A stretch of DNA of 64,000 nt from Octopus bimaculoides (GCF_001194135.2 NC_068982.1:59014782-59078781); one strand, 5' to 3'. Numbered from the stretch's first letter, positions 37,785 to 50,167 are shown. Program-made: numbers and translations. Notes: a model not told the origin generated them from the letters alone.

Positions 37785-38996
37785 ACTATAACTGGACAGT
37801 AAAAAGAAGAGATGGCCTTGACGAGAATTGAACAGTGGTCTGTTCAATTAAATCTACCCGGCATTAAACAACAGTAACAAATCTTAATTGAGATTGTAGA
37901 TAATTTATATTGTATTTTCTCTTTCCCGCTTCTACTCAATGTTTACGATCCCTCTTTTGCAGTCACAAACAACCTAGGACTACATTATACGATATGGACT
38001 TCTTTTTAAGCCAGTAGCGTATAATCTGATGAAGATTTAGCTGCTATTGCTATATGCTAATGTTGTTGTTGTTTACTCGTAATTGTATGCAGAACTACAT
38101 TACAGAATTTGTTCTTCCCGTTTCCAGACAGTAAGGTGTGCTTTGATGAAGACTGGGTGCTATTTCTCGCAGGTTGCCAGAAAAAAATAAAAAAAAATGA
38201 AATGGTCACGGTTGGACAACCGTTGATTTTAGACCTGCTCTATCAGGAATGACTTGATGGTGATGGGTATGATGGAGGTGGTGATGGGTTAAAAAAAAAA
38301 CGCCAACAAAAACAGTTGCAGCAGTTGAGATAAATGAAATGCATGCAACAGATCAAAAGTACAAACTCACTCTCTGAGCAGCCCATTCGCCCTGTTCTGT
38401 GCGAACTCGACACCCATCCCTGCGTTGTTTCTGTCTATATTTCGCAGACATAATGGTAGATCAATGAATGACCAGACCAAATAAGCCATCAGCAGAGAAA
38501 TCCATTGAACAATATCGGTAAAAACAGACAACAAAAGATTCCTTCATCACCACCACCAATACCTCCGTCGCCATCCTCCCCACGACATAACTACATTCAT
38601 TATTATACAGCCACTATCATCACCATCACCACTATCGCCAACCCCAACACCTCAAGCTATACGACATCACTCCCACCACAACACCACCATCAGCAACAAC
38701 ATCACACTTCTATATAACCCTCCACCCACCAGCATTCTCCATTGCCACTGTTACACATTTATTAGACATGCTTATTGGTTTTAATATATTGGCAAAACAT
38801 TTTTTTTAAACTAAAATCAAAATTTCAACGTTTTGTTGAAGTAACCTTACTCCCTCTTTTCATCCCCATGTTTGTCTCCCCCTCCTCACCCTTTCTCTTT
38901 GTCTCTGCGTTTCTCTTTTTGCAAATTATTGCTGTTTTGACTTTTCTATCCACATCTCCTCACATCCACGTTTTAATGTGGATGCTATTGGTTATT

Positions 38997-39369
38997 GTGG
39001 AGGCGCAATGACCCAGTGGTTAGGGCAGCGGACTCGCGGTCATAGGATCGCGGTTTCGATTCCCAAACTGGGCGTTGTGAGTGTTTATTGAGCGAAAACA
39101 CCTAAAGCTCCACCAGGCTCCGGCAGGGGGTGGTGGCGAACCCTGCTGTACTCTTTCACCACAACTTTCTCTCACTCTTACTTCCTGTTTCTGTTGTGCC
39201 TGTAATTCAAAGGGTCAGCCTTGTCACACTGTGTCACGCTGAATATTCCCGAGAACTACATTAAGGGTACACGTGTCTGTGGAGTGCTCAGCCACTTGCA
39301 CGTTAATTTCACAAGCAGGCTGTTCCGTTGTCGGATCAACTGGAACCCTCGACGGAGTGTCAACAATAC
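38997..39369 (+). mobile_element. SINE family A, full length
   Basis: A and B boxes. TSD GCTATTGGTT(A/G)TT at 38984-38996 and 39370-39382. Confidence 0.9.
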
Positions 39370-39848
39370 GCTATTGGTTGTTATTGTTGTTGTCTAGTTG
39401 TTGTTTAGCTCCACTTCAGCACTAATGGCAACAACGTTAGCTGTATTTGATGTTGCTGTTGTTTCTGCTGTTGCTGTTTAACCCAAGATCAACCCTGATT
39501 AAGCAGTTGTGGTTACCCTTGTAGGTTGTGTTTGATGGTGCTTTTGTTGTCGTTGTTGTTGCTGTTGTTAAGCCCTCAAACCAACAAGAAAACACAAACG
39601 CAACAACTAAGGCTAAAACTGCGGAAACAATAAAACTCAATATGTGTGGACATGTGTCTTTGTGTGAAGTAAAGCGTGTGTGTATATGTGGTCATGTGTT
39701 TCAGTCTCTATTTGCGTATGTGGTTGTCTGCTCATATACCCTGTGTACCTACCCGTCTGTATGTAGACCTGTTGGTTTACATATACATACATGTGCAGAG
39801 ATGTGCACCCATACATACAAACATGGTACATAGCAGCAAAACACACAC

Positions 39849-39917
<69 letters not shown>

Positions 39918-40289
39918 TGCACACACAAGGAGACAGAGGTACAAACGTATATATACGCACATGCACACACATACATAAAAAAACACACACACACACAGGA
40001 ATAAAACTCAAACTGTACAGAAACAATTTCCATCAGCTTCACTGTTGTGAATAAAAACAACAGAGAGTTGATGGAATATTTGAATCATGTAAATAATAAA
40101 ACTGATACAGACTGGGGAAGGGTTTAAGTATTTCATGATCAAATTCCGAAAGATAGTTTCTTGATAAAGACGTCGTCACACATCTACAAAAGAATTCGAG
40201 AAAATTTTCCATCTAGCGTGGGGATTTTCAAAAAGATTTTTTTAAAAGCGACAAATTGCTTTTAGATAAATTATTTTCTGGAAACATTC

Positions 40290-40995
40290 ATTCAAGAGAG
40301 ATCCGGAACATTCAGGTTTATCTAAGATCAAGGCGAGTGACCTTTCCTTTACTTTCTCCGATAAACATGGCTGTGCTGAGATTGGGGATGTGTGAATGTG
40401 TGTGGTCTGGGGAGAGCTTGGAAACAAAATCGTTCAATGATCACAAGTCACTTGACATAGATGTAGTAGCTATTAGAGAGACAAAGATTTCTAGAGTACA
40501 CACACTAGCGCCCATTTTCAATGACTATGTGATATTCTCAACTCGTGCTCTGCCAGGATTGGGTGATGTGGTAGCAGTGCTATTCCGGAACTCCTTAGAT
40601 CTCAAATGACGGACAGCAAGTTGGTGATCCTTGAGGTAAACGGCAGAGAAGGTCGCGCCTTTAGCCCGGAGGTTGTTTATACCCCGACAGATGTTGGAAG
40701 GCCAGGTTTCTTCAGACGTCTAAAAGCATTTATGGGGACATCCTGATCACTATTGCTAGTTGGGAATCGGAATTGCATTTTGGACGCATGGAATAATTGT
40801 GTAGGGCTAGTGCATAAAAGAAACGGGTGCAAAAGTCAGGTACCACATGAAATTCCCTTATGTGCCATTGTAGACATGGGGAAACCACCGCAGGTCGTCT
40901 GAATTGTATCTGGGTAAAGTATTTGTTTGGCCAGTGGATGAGGATAGCGTAGGAGGAACCCCACACATTCTGGTTATCCCGACCGCCAGATGCAC
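40290..40995 (+). mobile_element. Tx1/L1-clade LINE, ORF2 AP-endonuclease region (decayed)
   Basis: MAVLRLG/CVNVCGL (xNVxGL), DIDVVAIRETK (QET), VAVLFRNSL, LLVGNRNCILD (GDxN), RLDCIWV and GYPDRQ (SDH-like) appear in APE motif order. Confidence 0.75.
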
Positions 40996-41580
40996 CTTAG
41001 CAGGCGCCTCTCAACTTCTCCGGTTTACAAACGAAAGTTCAGAGTAGGCCATTCACAAAGGTCATCATCGTCACATGCACCCACCTTCCAACAAATTTAT
41101 GGGAGGAGGCAGAACTTCCCTCTCCACTCTCTCCTTTTCTACTGGAACTTGACAAAGTCGATGAGGGCTTGCCTGAAGATGAAAGTATCTGTCTTCAGTC
41201 CTTTTAATCTTGTCCGCCACACTATCTCCTTCGCCATAGCCACCAGACAGCGGATAACTGCCTTTCCTTCCCGGTCAAAGGAAGGCGGCGGGGCGATCTT
41301 CATGATGGACTCGGCTGATAACTAGATCTGTCCTACACGTGATAACTGCTGTTCGACAAAGCTCCACGTGTCAGTAATGTACGGACACTGGACGAGCACC
41401 CTGCACACACCTCGGAGAGGTCCGTCTGATAGCACTTCCGTGTCTGTCGAGCTTTCTTGGCCTACGCTTGATCCAGGACTGTAGCTCCGTTAACGAAACG
41501 AGTTGCAGAAAATCCTACTTGTCAAACGGCGACCGCACCTGTTCACCGTTAAGAAAGTGCTGGAGATGTTGTAGCCTCAA
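40996..41580 (-). mobile_element. Tx1/L1-clade LINE ORF2 C-terminus and 3' UTR, inverted relative to the APE part
   Basis: Minus strand RKLDRHGSAIRRTSPRCVQ..LVQCPYITDTWSFVEQQLSRVG..CLVAMAKEIVWRTRLKG resembles the L1/Tx1 zinc knuckle and following helix. Stop near 41025. Confidence 0.7.
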
Positions 41581-41604
41581 CGCAATCGTTTCTACTGAAG
41601 ATAC

Positions 41605-41797
41605 AAAACCTGAAATTTGGAGAGGGGATTAAGTCGATTACATCGACCCCAGTGTGTAACTGGTACTTATTTAATTGACCCTGAAAGGATGCAAGGCAAA
41701 GTCGACCTCGGCGGAATTTGAACTCAGAACATATAGACGGACGAAATACCGCTTAGCATTTCACCCGACGTGCTAACAATTCTGCCAGCTTGCCACC

Positions 41798-41799
<2 letters not shown>
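41605..41799 (-). mobile_element. SINE family C
   Basis: Core and head match. The head abuts the (TAA)n run. Confidence 0.85.

Positions 41800-41846
<47 letters not shown>
41799..41846. repeat. (TAA)16 microsatellite at the 5' junction of the Dong-like element
   Basis: Counted directly. Confidence 0.97.
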
Positions 41847-43088
41847 GCTTTTTGTTGTAGTCCGCTATAGTGCACCCATCCTGAAATGGACACAAGCGGA
41901 GACTAACCAACTCGATCGCACTACCCGAAAGACAATGACAATGCATCCACCCTAAGGCAAATATACACAGACTCTACATGAAAAGTGGTAAAGGTGGGCG
42001 TGGGCTGATTAGCATACGGAAGTGCATCAACAGTAAAAGAAGAAACATGGCAGAATATTTGGTAAACAGCAAACAAGACCTGCTACAGTATGCTGCTAGT
42101 GCAGAAGTAGTTAAAATGGATTTGAGAGTGCTCATGAATTACGATCAAGAACAGCCAACGAGAGAGAAGAGACCCTACTCCGTATGGAATTACATGGTCA
42201 GTTTCACCGTGAAACCAACAAATTAAAATACCAGGAACCATCATGGAGGTGGCTCAACAAGGGTGACCTAAAAAGGAATACTGAAAGCCTAATCATCGCT
42301 GCCCAGGACCCGACGTTGAATACCAACTCAGTGATAAAGAATATATACCGCACAAGTGCATCAGACCTCTGCAGAATGTGTGGGAAGAGGGTCGAAAGTA
42401 TGAGTCACATTTTTAGTGCTTGTGAAAGTCTTGCACAGAAAGAGTACAAGCGTAGACACGACAAGGTAGCCCAAAATCTCCACTGGCTACTATGCCATAG
42501 GTATGGATACGAGGTTATGGGTGCTTGGTACCAACATACACCAGAAAAGGTAATGGACGAAAAGGGGAAGGCAAAAATCCTCTGGGGTTTTGATTTCCAG
42601 GACGACAAGATGTTAGAGCACCGAAGGCCGGATATAGTAACCTTTAGAAGGAACAAACAAGAGTGCCTAATATATGACGTGGCAGTGCCAGGAGATCAAC
42701 GTATTATCNNNNNNNNNNTATGACGTGGCAGTGCCAGGAGATCAACGTATTATCATGAAAGAAAAGGTTGATAAATATGGGGACCTGAGAATTGAGATCG
42801 CTAAGATGTGGCAGCTACGAGAGTCAAACATAAAGGTTGTCCCTATTGTCATCGGAGCATTGGGTTCAACACTACCCAAGCTGAAAAAAAAAAAAAAATT
42901 GAAACCTAAGAAATATCCTACGATCAAGATGTATCGCAAAAGTTGGCATTACTTGGAACTGCACGCATATTGCGTCAAGTACTGTCTGCCTGAGGTCCTC
43001 GTTGTGACTTGACAAATAGTACAAACCCCCAGTAGACACAATATCTTCAATCAACAACATGACGATATTGTATACTGTGCGACGTCTA
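41847..43088 (+). mobile_element. 5'-truncated R4/Dong-clade non-LTR retrotransposon (RT thumb, CCHC knuckle, restriction-like endonuclease)
   Basis: VRYSAPILKWTQAE..LDRTTRK, RLYMKSGKGGRGL, LHGQF, TESLIIAAQD, CRMCGKRVESMSHIFSAC, YKRRHDKVA, ILWGF, RRPDIV...LIYDVAVP..KYGDL and VVPIVIGALG. Short 3' UTR followed by (TAA)3. Confidence 0.92.
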
Positions 43089-43102
43089 TAATAATAACAA
43101 TA

Positions 43103-43641
43103 CAGGCAGTGGCTCTCATGGCTTCTGATCTTAACTGATTGCAAGTGTTATCATGTACATTGTTTTGTCTTGGTACAAAAAGATGGGCTACAGCAAATAT
43201 TCTGCTTAATACCACAGATTTGCTTGTCAGTTGTTTGACCTTAACCTGCTGAACATGTCCCTTAGTGACTGATGATATGTGCATCTCTGATCACGAGCAG
43301 AAGTAGTGGGGAGCGCCGTAGTTATATGTTGAGAGGAATTCTTTGGGGTTTGAATAATTCACCTCTGGAAACATGGGTGTTTCGTTCAGTATCCTTAAAC
43401 AACCCTTATTCAAGGACTATTTGAGAGGGATGGGCTACTCAACCTGAAGAGAATTCTAACTGGGCCCCACCTGCGAGGTCATGTGCTGTTAATCTTGATA
43501 TGAGATCACCATGTCACGCACATATGGTTGTAATGCATGTGCCTGGTGTACCCTTATCAGACGGGTAGTCATGATGGGTATAACAGGCTTCGTATATTTT
43601 ACCTCAGTGTCACTTTGATGGCATGCACTGCTCTCTCACTC
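43103..43641 (+). mobile_element. About 540-bp noncoding element bounded by TAA repeats (putative non-autonomous Dong partner)
   Basis: Begins after (TAA)3CAATA and ends ...GCACTGCTCTCTCACTC(AAT)5. It is GC-richer than its flanks and I see no recognisable coding frame. Single copy here; I recall it as an abundant octopus repeat (unverified). Confidence 0.5.
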
Positions 43642-44117
43642 AATAATAATAATAATTGCTGCTGTTGTTACTATTATTATCATCATCGTCATTATCATTA
43701 GGGTGTTTGATGATATTGCCTCGGTGCCTGACCAAATGTTGTACAGTAACGTATTGAAATACCCTGACAAGTAAGTTCATACACTACACTGAGATACATT
43801 ACACAGCCATGATTAATATATAGGCATTGGTGCAAAAGCGCAACACTTAGGCTTTAGCAAGTTTTTAGCTCTTAGCATTTTAACCTATGGACTATAAATG
43901 ATTAATTACGTGGAAAGAGTAACTCAAGTACAGTCAGTTGCCACAGTAAGAAAATCAAATTTCATTTTGCATCAAGGTTGTCTGGTTTAGATATGACATA
44001 ATCTATAGTAAGGTTAGGCTAATGTCATGTGAACAACAAGGATTGAAAGGACTGAAACGGACAAATAAGAGAAGATATATTCATACACATACACGTACAT
44101 ATGTATATCTGTATAGA

Positions 44118-44255
44118 GGAGGCGTGGCTGTGTGGTAAGAAGCTTACTTCTCAACCACCTTTTTTCCGGGCAAGTGTCTTCTATTATAGCCACGGACCGA
44201 CCAAAGCCTTGTGAGTGGATTTGGTAGACGGAAACTAAAAAAAGCCTGTCGAATA

Positions 44256-44329
<74 letters not shown>

Positions 44330-44535
44330 TGTCTGTCCCTAACTCCCACCACTGCTTGATAACCGGTGTTGGATTGTTTACGTCTCCGTAACTTAGCAGT
44401 CCGGCAAAATAAACCGATAGAATAGGTACTAGGCTTACAAAAAAATAAATTCTGGGCTCGTCTGCTTCGACTAAAAACCCTTTAAGGCGGTGCTCCAGCA
44501 TGGCCACATTAAAATTTACTGAACCAAGTCAATGA
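44118..44535 (+). mobile_element. SINE family B, full length with internal (TG)n
   Basis: Head GGCGTGGCTGTGTGGTAAGAAG, CORE-like GGGCAAGTGTCTTCTA, tail GGCGGTGCTCCAGCATGGCC. Confidence 0.88.
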
Positions 44536-44962
44536 ATAAACGTAAAAAGAATATATACATGCATACACACACGTACTTTATTGTGAGAAAGAGTACCTAA
44601 AGAGACCGGTGATTCTCTACACCGATAAGAATTGTATATATAGCTAAACGTAAACAGTAAGTTAACACGTCGTGGAGGGTTGGGTTTCCTACAAACGGAC
44701 TAAAACGTTCAGAGTTGAGATAAAGGTAATTAAAAAGAAAACAGGCAGAAATATATCGTCGTAACACCCGTCGTAGACAGGTGTTGCGCAAACGATTCAT
44801 TTATAGTGATCAACTGTGTGCTGTATATTTGTCCACTCGATCCATGAAATCGAAATTGCTTGTACAGGTACTCGTTGTACTATACATTGGATGTCGAAAT
44901 GATCGCAGGGCAACGTTTTGCCCAAGAACATAACGCATTGGACAGTCTCGGTCTCTCTCTCG

Positions 44963-45011
<49 letters not shown>

Positions 45012-45739
45012 GTGTCTGGAGAGAGTCATTCTCTTTTAGTCCCTTATTATTTATCACACACACACACCAGTAAAGTTTCCATTCATTTACTTTATTTTTC
45101 TAGAAAAATAAATAAGTGGAAATTTTACCAGTGAGTGTGTTANNNNNNNNNNNNNNNNNNNNNNNNNNNNNNNNNNNNNNNNNNNNNNNNNNNNNNNNNN
45201 NNNNNNNNNNNNNNNNNNNNNNNNNNNNNNNNNNNNNNNNNNNNNNNNNNNNNNNNNNNNNNNNNNNNNNNNNNNNNNNNNNNNNNNNNNNNNNNNNNNN
45301 NNNNNNNNNNNNNNNNNNNNNNNNNNNNNNNNNNNNNNNNNNNNNNNNNNNNNNNNNNNNNNNNNNNNNNNNNNNNNNNNNNNNNNNNNNNNNNNNNNNN
45401 NNNNNNNNNNNNNNNNNNNNNNNNNNNNNNNNNNNNNNNNNNNNNNNNNNNNNNNNNNNNNNNNNNNNNNNNNNNNNNNNNNNNNNNNNNNNNNNNNNNN
45501 NNNNNNNNNNNNNNNNNNNNNNNNNNNNNNNNNNNNNNNNNNNNNNNNNNNNNNNNNNNNNNNNNNNNNNNNNNNNNNNNNNNNNNNNNNNNNNNNNNNN
45601 NNNNNNNNNNNNNNNNNNNNNNNNNNNNNNNNNNNNNNNNNNNNNNNNNNNNNNNNNNNNNNNNNNNNNNNNNNNNNNNNNNNNNNNNNNNNNNNNNNNN
45701 NNNNNNNNNNNNNNNNNNNNNNNNNNNNNNNNNNNNNNN

Positions 45740-45776
<37 letters not shown>

Positions 45777-45789
45777 CGAGTAGTAAATA

Positions 45790-46463
45790 TATATATAAAG
45801 CGAGTAGCCACATCAAAGTGACAGTTGAATGTTACTACTAGTTTAACCACAGGCGGATTCTCCACCAGCTGGTTTTCAGTGCAAGTTCTGCACCATTTAT
45901 ATACAAATTCATCGGTAGCAGGGGGAGCGAAATCCTTCTCCCCTCCAGCAGCTAACAGGATCGCGGGACTGGCCCAGTTTCGAGTTATTTGGCTCATCCT
46001 CAGCCGGGTGCACCTGCGCAGTGGAGTGATAGCTAAGATCCGCTTCTGCCAGCGATATATTGTAAGCAAAGTGGCCATCGGTCACTAATTTACAACAAGC
46101 AAAATAGCTATCTATAAAATCCCAAGAAAAGATAGAATAGTAACGTATACTAAACAGTAAAGGGAGTAGCCACATCAAAGTGACAGTTGAAGGTTACTAC
46201 TAGTTTAACCCCAGCTGGTTTTCGATGCAAGCTCTGCACCTTTTACATACAATGCATCGCTAGCGGGGAGAGCAAACCCCTACTGCCCTCCAGCAGAAGC
46301 GATGCATGGTATACAAAAGGGTGCAGAGCTTGCACAGAAAACCAGCTGGCGGAGAGCCCGTCTGGGTTTAAACTAGTAGTAACATTCAATTGCCACTTTG
46401 ATGTGGCTACTCACCTTACTGTTTAGTATACGTTACTACTCTATCTCTTCTTGAGATTTTATA
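45790..46463. mobile_element. Composite fold-back element: arm, GC-rich spacer, arm, loop, inverted arm
   Basis: 46113-46261 pairs with 46298-46463 around a 36-nt loop. A third arm copy is at about 45800-45950. Confidence 0.85.
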
Positions 46464-48324
46464 ACTAACTGTGTGCGTGTGTGTGTGTGTGTGAAATATA
46501 AGAAGTTAAGGCTTTTTTAATCATATCCCTAACTTCCGCGTTTGCTCAATATGTTGAAGTAGAGGGCTGCATGACACCATACAAACATTGATATTTGAAA
46601 TACATTTTGTTTACGCTCGATCGGAATTTGAGTGGATGCCGAAGAAAAACGTTAGAAAATGAATCACACATGCTTCTATTCATTGCCACGCGGAAAAGGT
46701 GTTTTATTGTCTGCTTTTCACGTGCAAAAGCATGTCATATTTACGTATCTCCAGTATTATTTGGAACAAAAAAAAAAACCATATAAGTAAGGGGAACAGC
46801 ACTTGCTGATAAATTATTAGCGTTAATGGATAAATGAATGTTTTTTTTTTATTGACTCTTTTTCACAGCATTGCAAATTCAGTGTATTAGAAATATAAAA
46901 ATTTAACCAGTTGGTCGTTGAAAATTCTTTTATAAATATCAATGGAAATCTCTGCCAGATTTCACCATCTCTGATCTTTTGTTGAATAATCCAAAAGCTT
47001 TCACAAAATCTTACTTTTCTTCGAGAAATAAAGATCGCATCATCTGAATACATTAAAGCAAAGGTCGCTGGTTTTATAATGGACCAATATTCTTATAAAT
47101 GTAAATACTATGTTCCCTTAAACTCCAGACATATTTTGATAATGAAGTCGTTATAAGCCTGTCTGAGATTTTGAATGCATAAGTTCCAAGATTGTTTTAG
47201 AAGAATTTTCAATAATCTCTACATAGCTTTTTGTTTCGCTGTTATTTTATTTGCATGAGAGACGTTAGATTTGATAAACTTCATGCTATAGAATGATTAC
47301 TACCATAGACAGAGAAGAACGATATTAGAGTTGTTACAATTGACTACAAGAAACGAGGTTCACATATGCTTGTGCTTAAAAGATTTTTTTATGCTAACTA
47401 TAGTAGCAGCGAAGGCAACTTTAACGTTATTCTTTGCTAAACATCTTGTGATGAATATGGTCAGTGGAGAAATACCTAATAAGGTTTAGGTGAATCTTGG
47501 CACAATTATATTGGACATTAAAACTACAAGAGGGAGCATTACGTATAGTATTTTATTTCTATTTTGTATGTTAGAATATTAGTACTACCTTTATATAATT
47601 ATTTTTGTCTTTGTCGTCAGTCTTTAATACAACTTTTTAGTAGTAAGTTAAAGGATTCTTGTCATAGATTAAGCTTGGTATGGATCTTTTATTATCATTA
47701 GCTACGTTTTCTTAGGATTATTGGAAGACAGTTGGAATACATCAATATACAGTTATTTTTATTATTTGTATTTATTGGTGACTAAATCTAGCGATACATC
47801 GTATGGACATTCATACTTTGCAAAATGGATAGTGCCATCACAGAAAAGTCCAAAGTCTGTGAAGTGGAATCTCTTTCAAAGTAAGCCACATTCACAAATC
47901 TCATTCCCATCGAACGAACCCTTGGCAACATCACAGAATACCGAACGGCTACGTTTCAACCGAAAGAGAGTTATCATAAAATAACTAAGAATATCAACAT
48001 CTGAATCACTAACCAAAATAAAACTTTTACCAAATCCTAAAACTTTCTGAAGAAGGTATTTAGCTATAAACTGATAGAATTGTACCGATCTGCATAAATG
48101 TACAAAGCTTCTTATCTACATTATTGAACACCTCGATGACAGGTAAAATACTATTCTGTAAGAGACTAGAAGAGGACATTTTAATGTTAACAAATTTAAT
48201 TGACTAAAACATGTTACACCTTTTTCAGATACATGAAACTGAATTTGAAAAACAGAAAATAATCGCTTGTATCTTTAAATGTAATATCGTACATGTAATA
48301 AAGACATATACCAATCTCCTTTTA

Positions 48325-48373
<49 letters not shown>

Positions 48374-48473
48374 NNNNNNNNNNNNNNNNNNNNNNNNNNN
48401 NNNNNNNNNNNNNNNNNNNNNNNNNNNNNNNNNNNNNNNNNNNNNNNNNNNNNNNNNNNNNNNNNNNNNNNNN

Positions 48474-48524
<51 letters not shown>

Positions 48525-48664
48525 TTATTTTGGGTAACATTCTCGCAAAAACCTTTCAACTTAAAGCTGATGTGGGTACAGAAACGTACGTCGTGCTGTA
48601 TCATTCAAGCCTTTTGACTTCCATCCTCGTGTTATATAACATATATAACACGAGGATGGATGTG

Positions 48665-48695
<31 letters not shown>

Positions 48696-49289
48696 TAGAG
48701 AGGGGGGTATACACACATACATATAAAAATACAGAGAGAGGGGAAGAGGGAAGAATATGTACGTATGTATATGCAAATTTATCGTTTCTTCAGATAAGTC
48801 ACTTCATTCCTGGCAAAAGGTAAAAGAAAGAAATGACATATTAGGAATGAGGTTTCTCTCTTCTGTTTGTGTTGCATGGAATGGTAAGTAGAGAAACCTA
48901 TAGATAATGAATAAATGGAACAGGAAGGGGTAGGTGAACTGAGGATAAAATAAATACAAAGGTAAGAGGTAGGAATGACATTATAGGTAAGGCAATAGAT
49001 CAGAATGGTGAACTTTACTTACTTGGGATGATTGCGAGAAAGCCACGTCTTTTACGTAATAAACACATAAGTTATTTTTATCTCTTTGATAAGAGCAGAA
49101 TAATCAGTTGCTATAGGAAATAAATTGGCGCTTGTCACCTGTAGAATTCTTGATAAACCTGCAATAAAATGATGTTATATTAATTTTATGATACCTTGGC
49201 TTTATGTTTCAAAATTTAATCCACAGTTAGGTCGATGTTACTTTTGTTATTCATCTCTGTTACGTTAGATACATAAATGTTTTACATGG

Positions 49290-49560
49290 CTATGTGCGTA
49301 AGAAGCTCGTATAACAACGGCGTAGTTTCGGGTTCAGTCCTACTGAACGTCACCTTGAGCAAGTATATTCTACGAGGTATTAGTCGGCTCGGAGGTATAG
49401 TAAAGTAGCTCCGTGCTGACTAATGGCTTGTGAGTGAATTTGGTAGACGGAAACTATGTGAAAACCCGTCGTGCGTGCGTGCTTCTCCTCCACACACTGT
49501 CTGAAAGTCAATGTTGGTTTGTTGACGTCCCTGTGACTTAGCTTTCGGATAGAATTAGTT
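49290..49560 (+). mobile_element. SINE family B, degenerate
   Basis: gtaagaagct...gggttcagtcc...caccttgagcaagt...ttgtgagtgaatttggtagacggaaact. Confidence 0.7.
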
Positions 49561-49564
49561 TTCT

Positions 49565-49920
49565 TTTCTTTTTTTCAGTCATTTGACTGCGGCCATGCTG
49601 AAGCACCGTGTTTAGTCGAACAAATCGACTCCAAGACTTATTCTTTGCAAGCCTAGTACTTATTCTATCGGTCTATTTTGCTGAACCGCTAAGTTGCGGA
49701 GACGTTAACACACCAATATCGGTTGTCAAGCGATGGTGGGGGAACAAACAAAGACACACAAACACACACACATATACGATGGGCTTCTTTCAGTTTCCAT
49801 CTACCAAATCCACTCACGCGGCTATAGTTGAAGACACTTGCCCAAGGTGCCACGCAGTGGGACTGAACTTGGAACCATGTGGTAGGGAAGCAAGTTTCTT
49901 ACCACACAGCCACGCCTGCG
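49565..49920 (-). mobile_element. SINE family B, full length
   Basis: Tail, internal (CA) tract and head all match. Confidence 0.88.
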
Positions 49921-50167
49921 CCAAATAGATACTAAATTTTAAAAGGTAAGTACTTGGATCAATTTGTTTGACTAAAACCCTTCGACATGGTCCTCCAGCA
50001 TGGCCGTAGTACAACGGCTGAAACTAGTCGAAGACAAAAGATTACTTAGATATTACATTAGATACAAATGACATTAGTAAATTAAATGTTACATTAATTA
50101 TTTAGATATTGCATGATATACTACAGTAGTTGAATATTACACTGCTTTGGTATTACATCCGTAATAA

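Noticed and set aside
44600-44960. Locally CpG-rich stretch suggesting a promoter
   Set aside because: No core promoter or downstream exon evidence, and part of it resembles SINE debris.
47255-47520. Protein-like plus-strand frame (MRDVRFDKLHAIE*...)
   Set aside because: It has five internal stops in about 90 codons, which is close to random expectation for AT-rich DNA.
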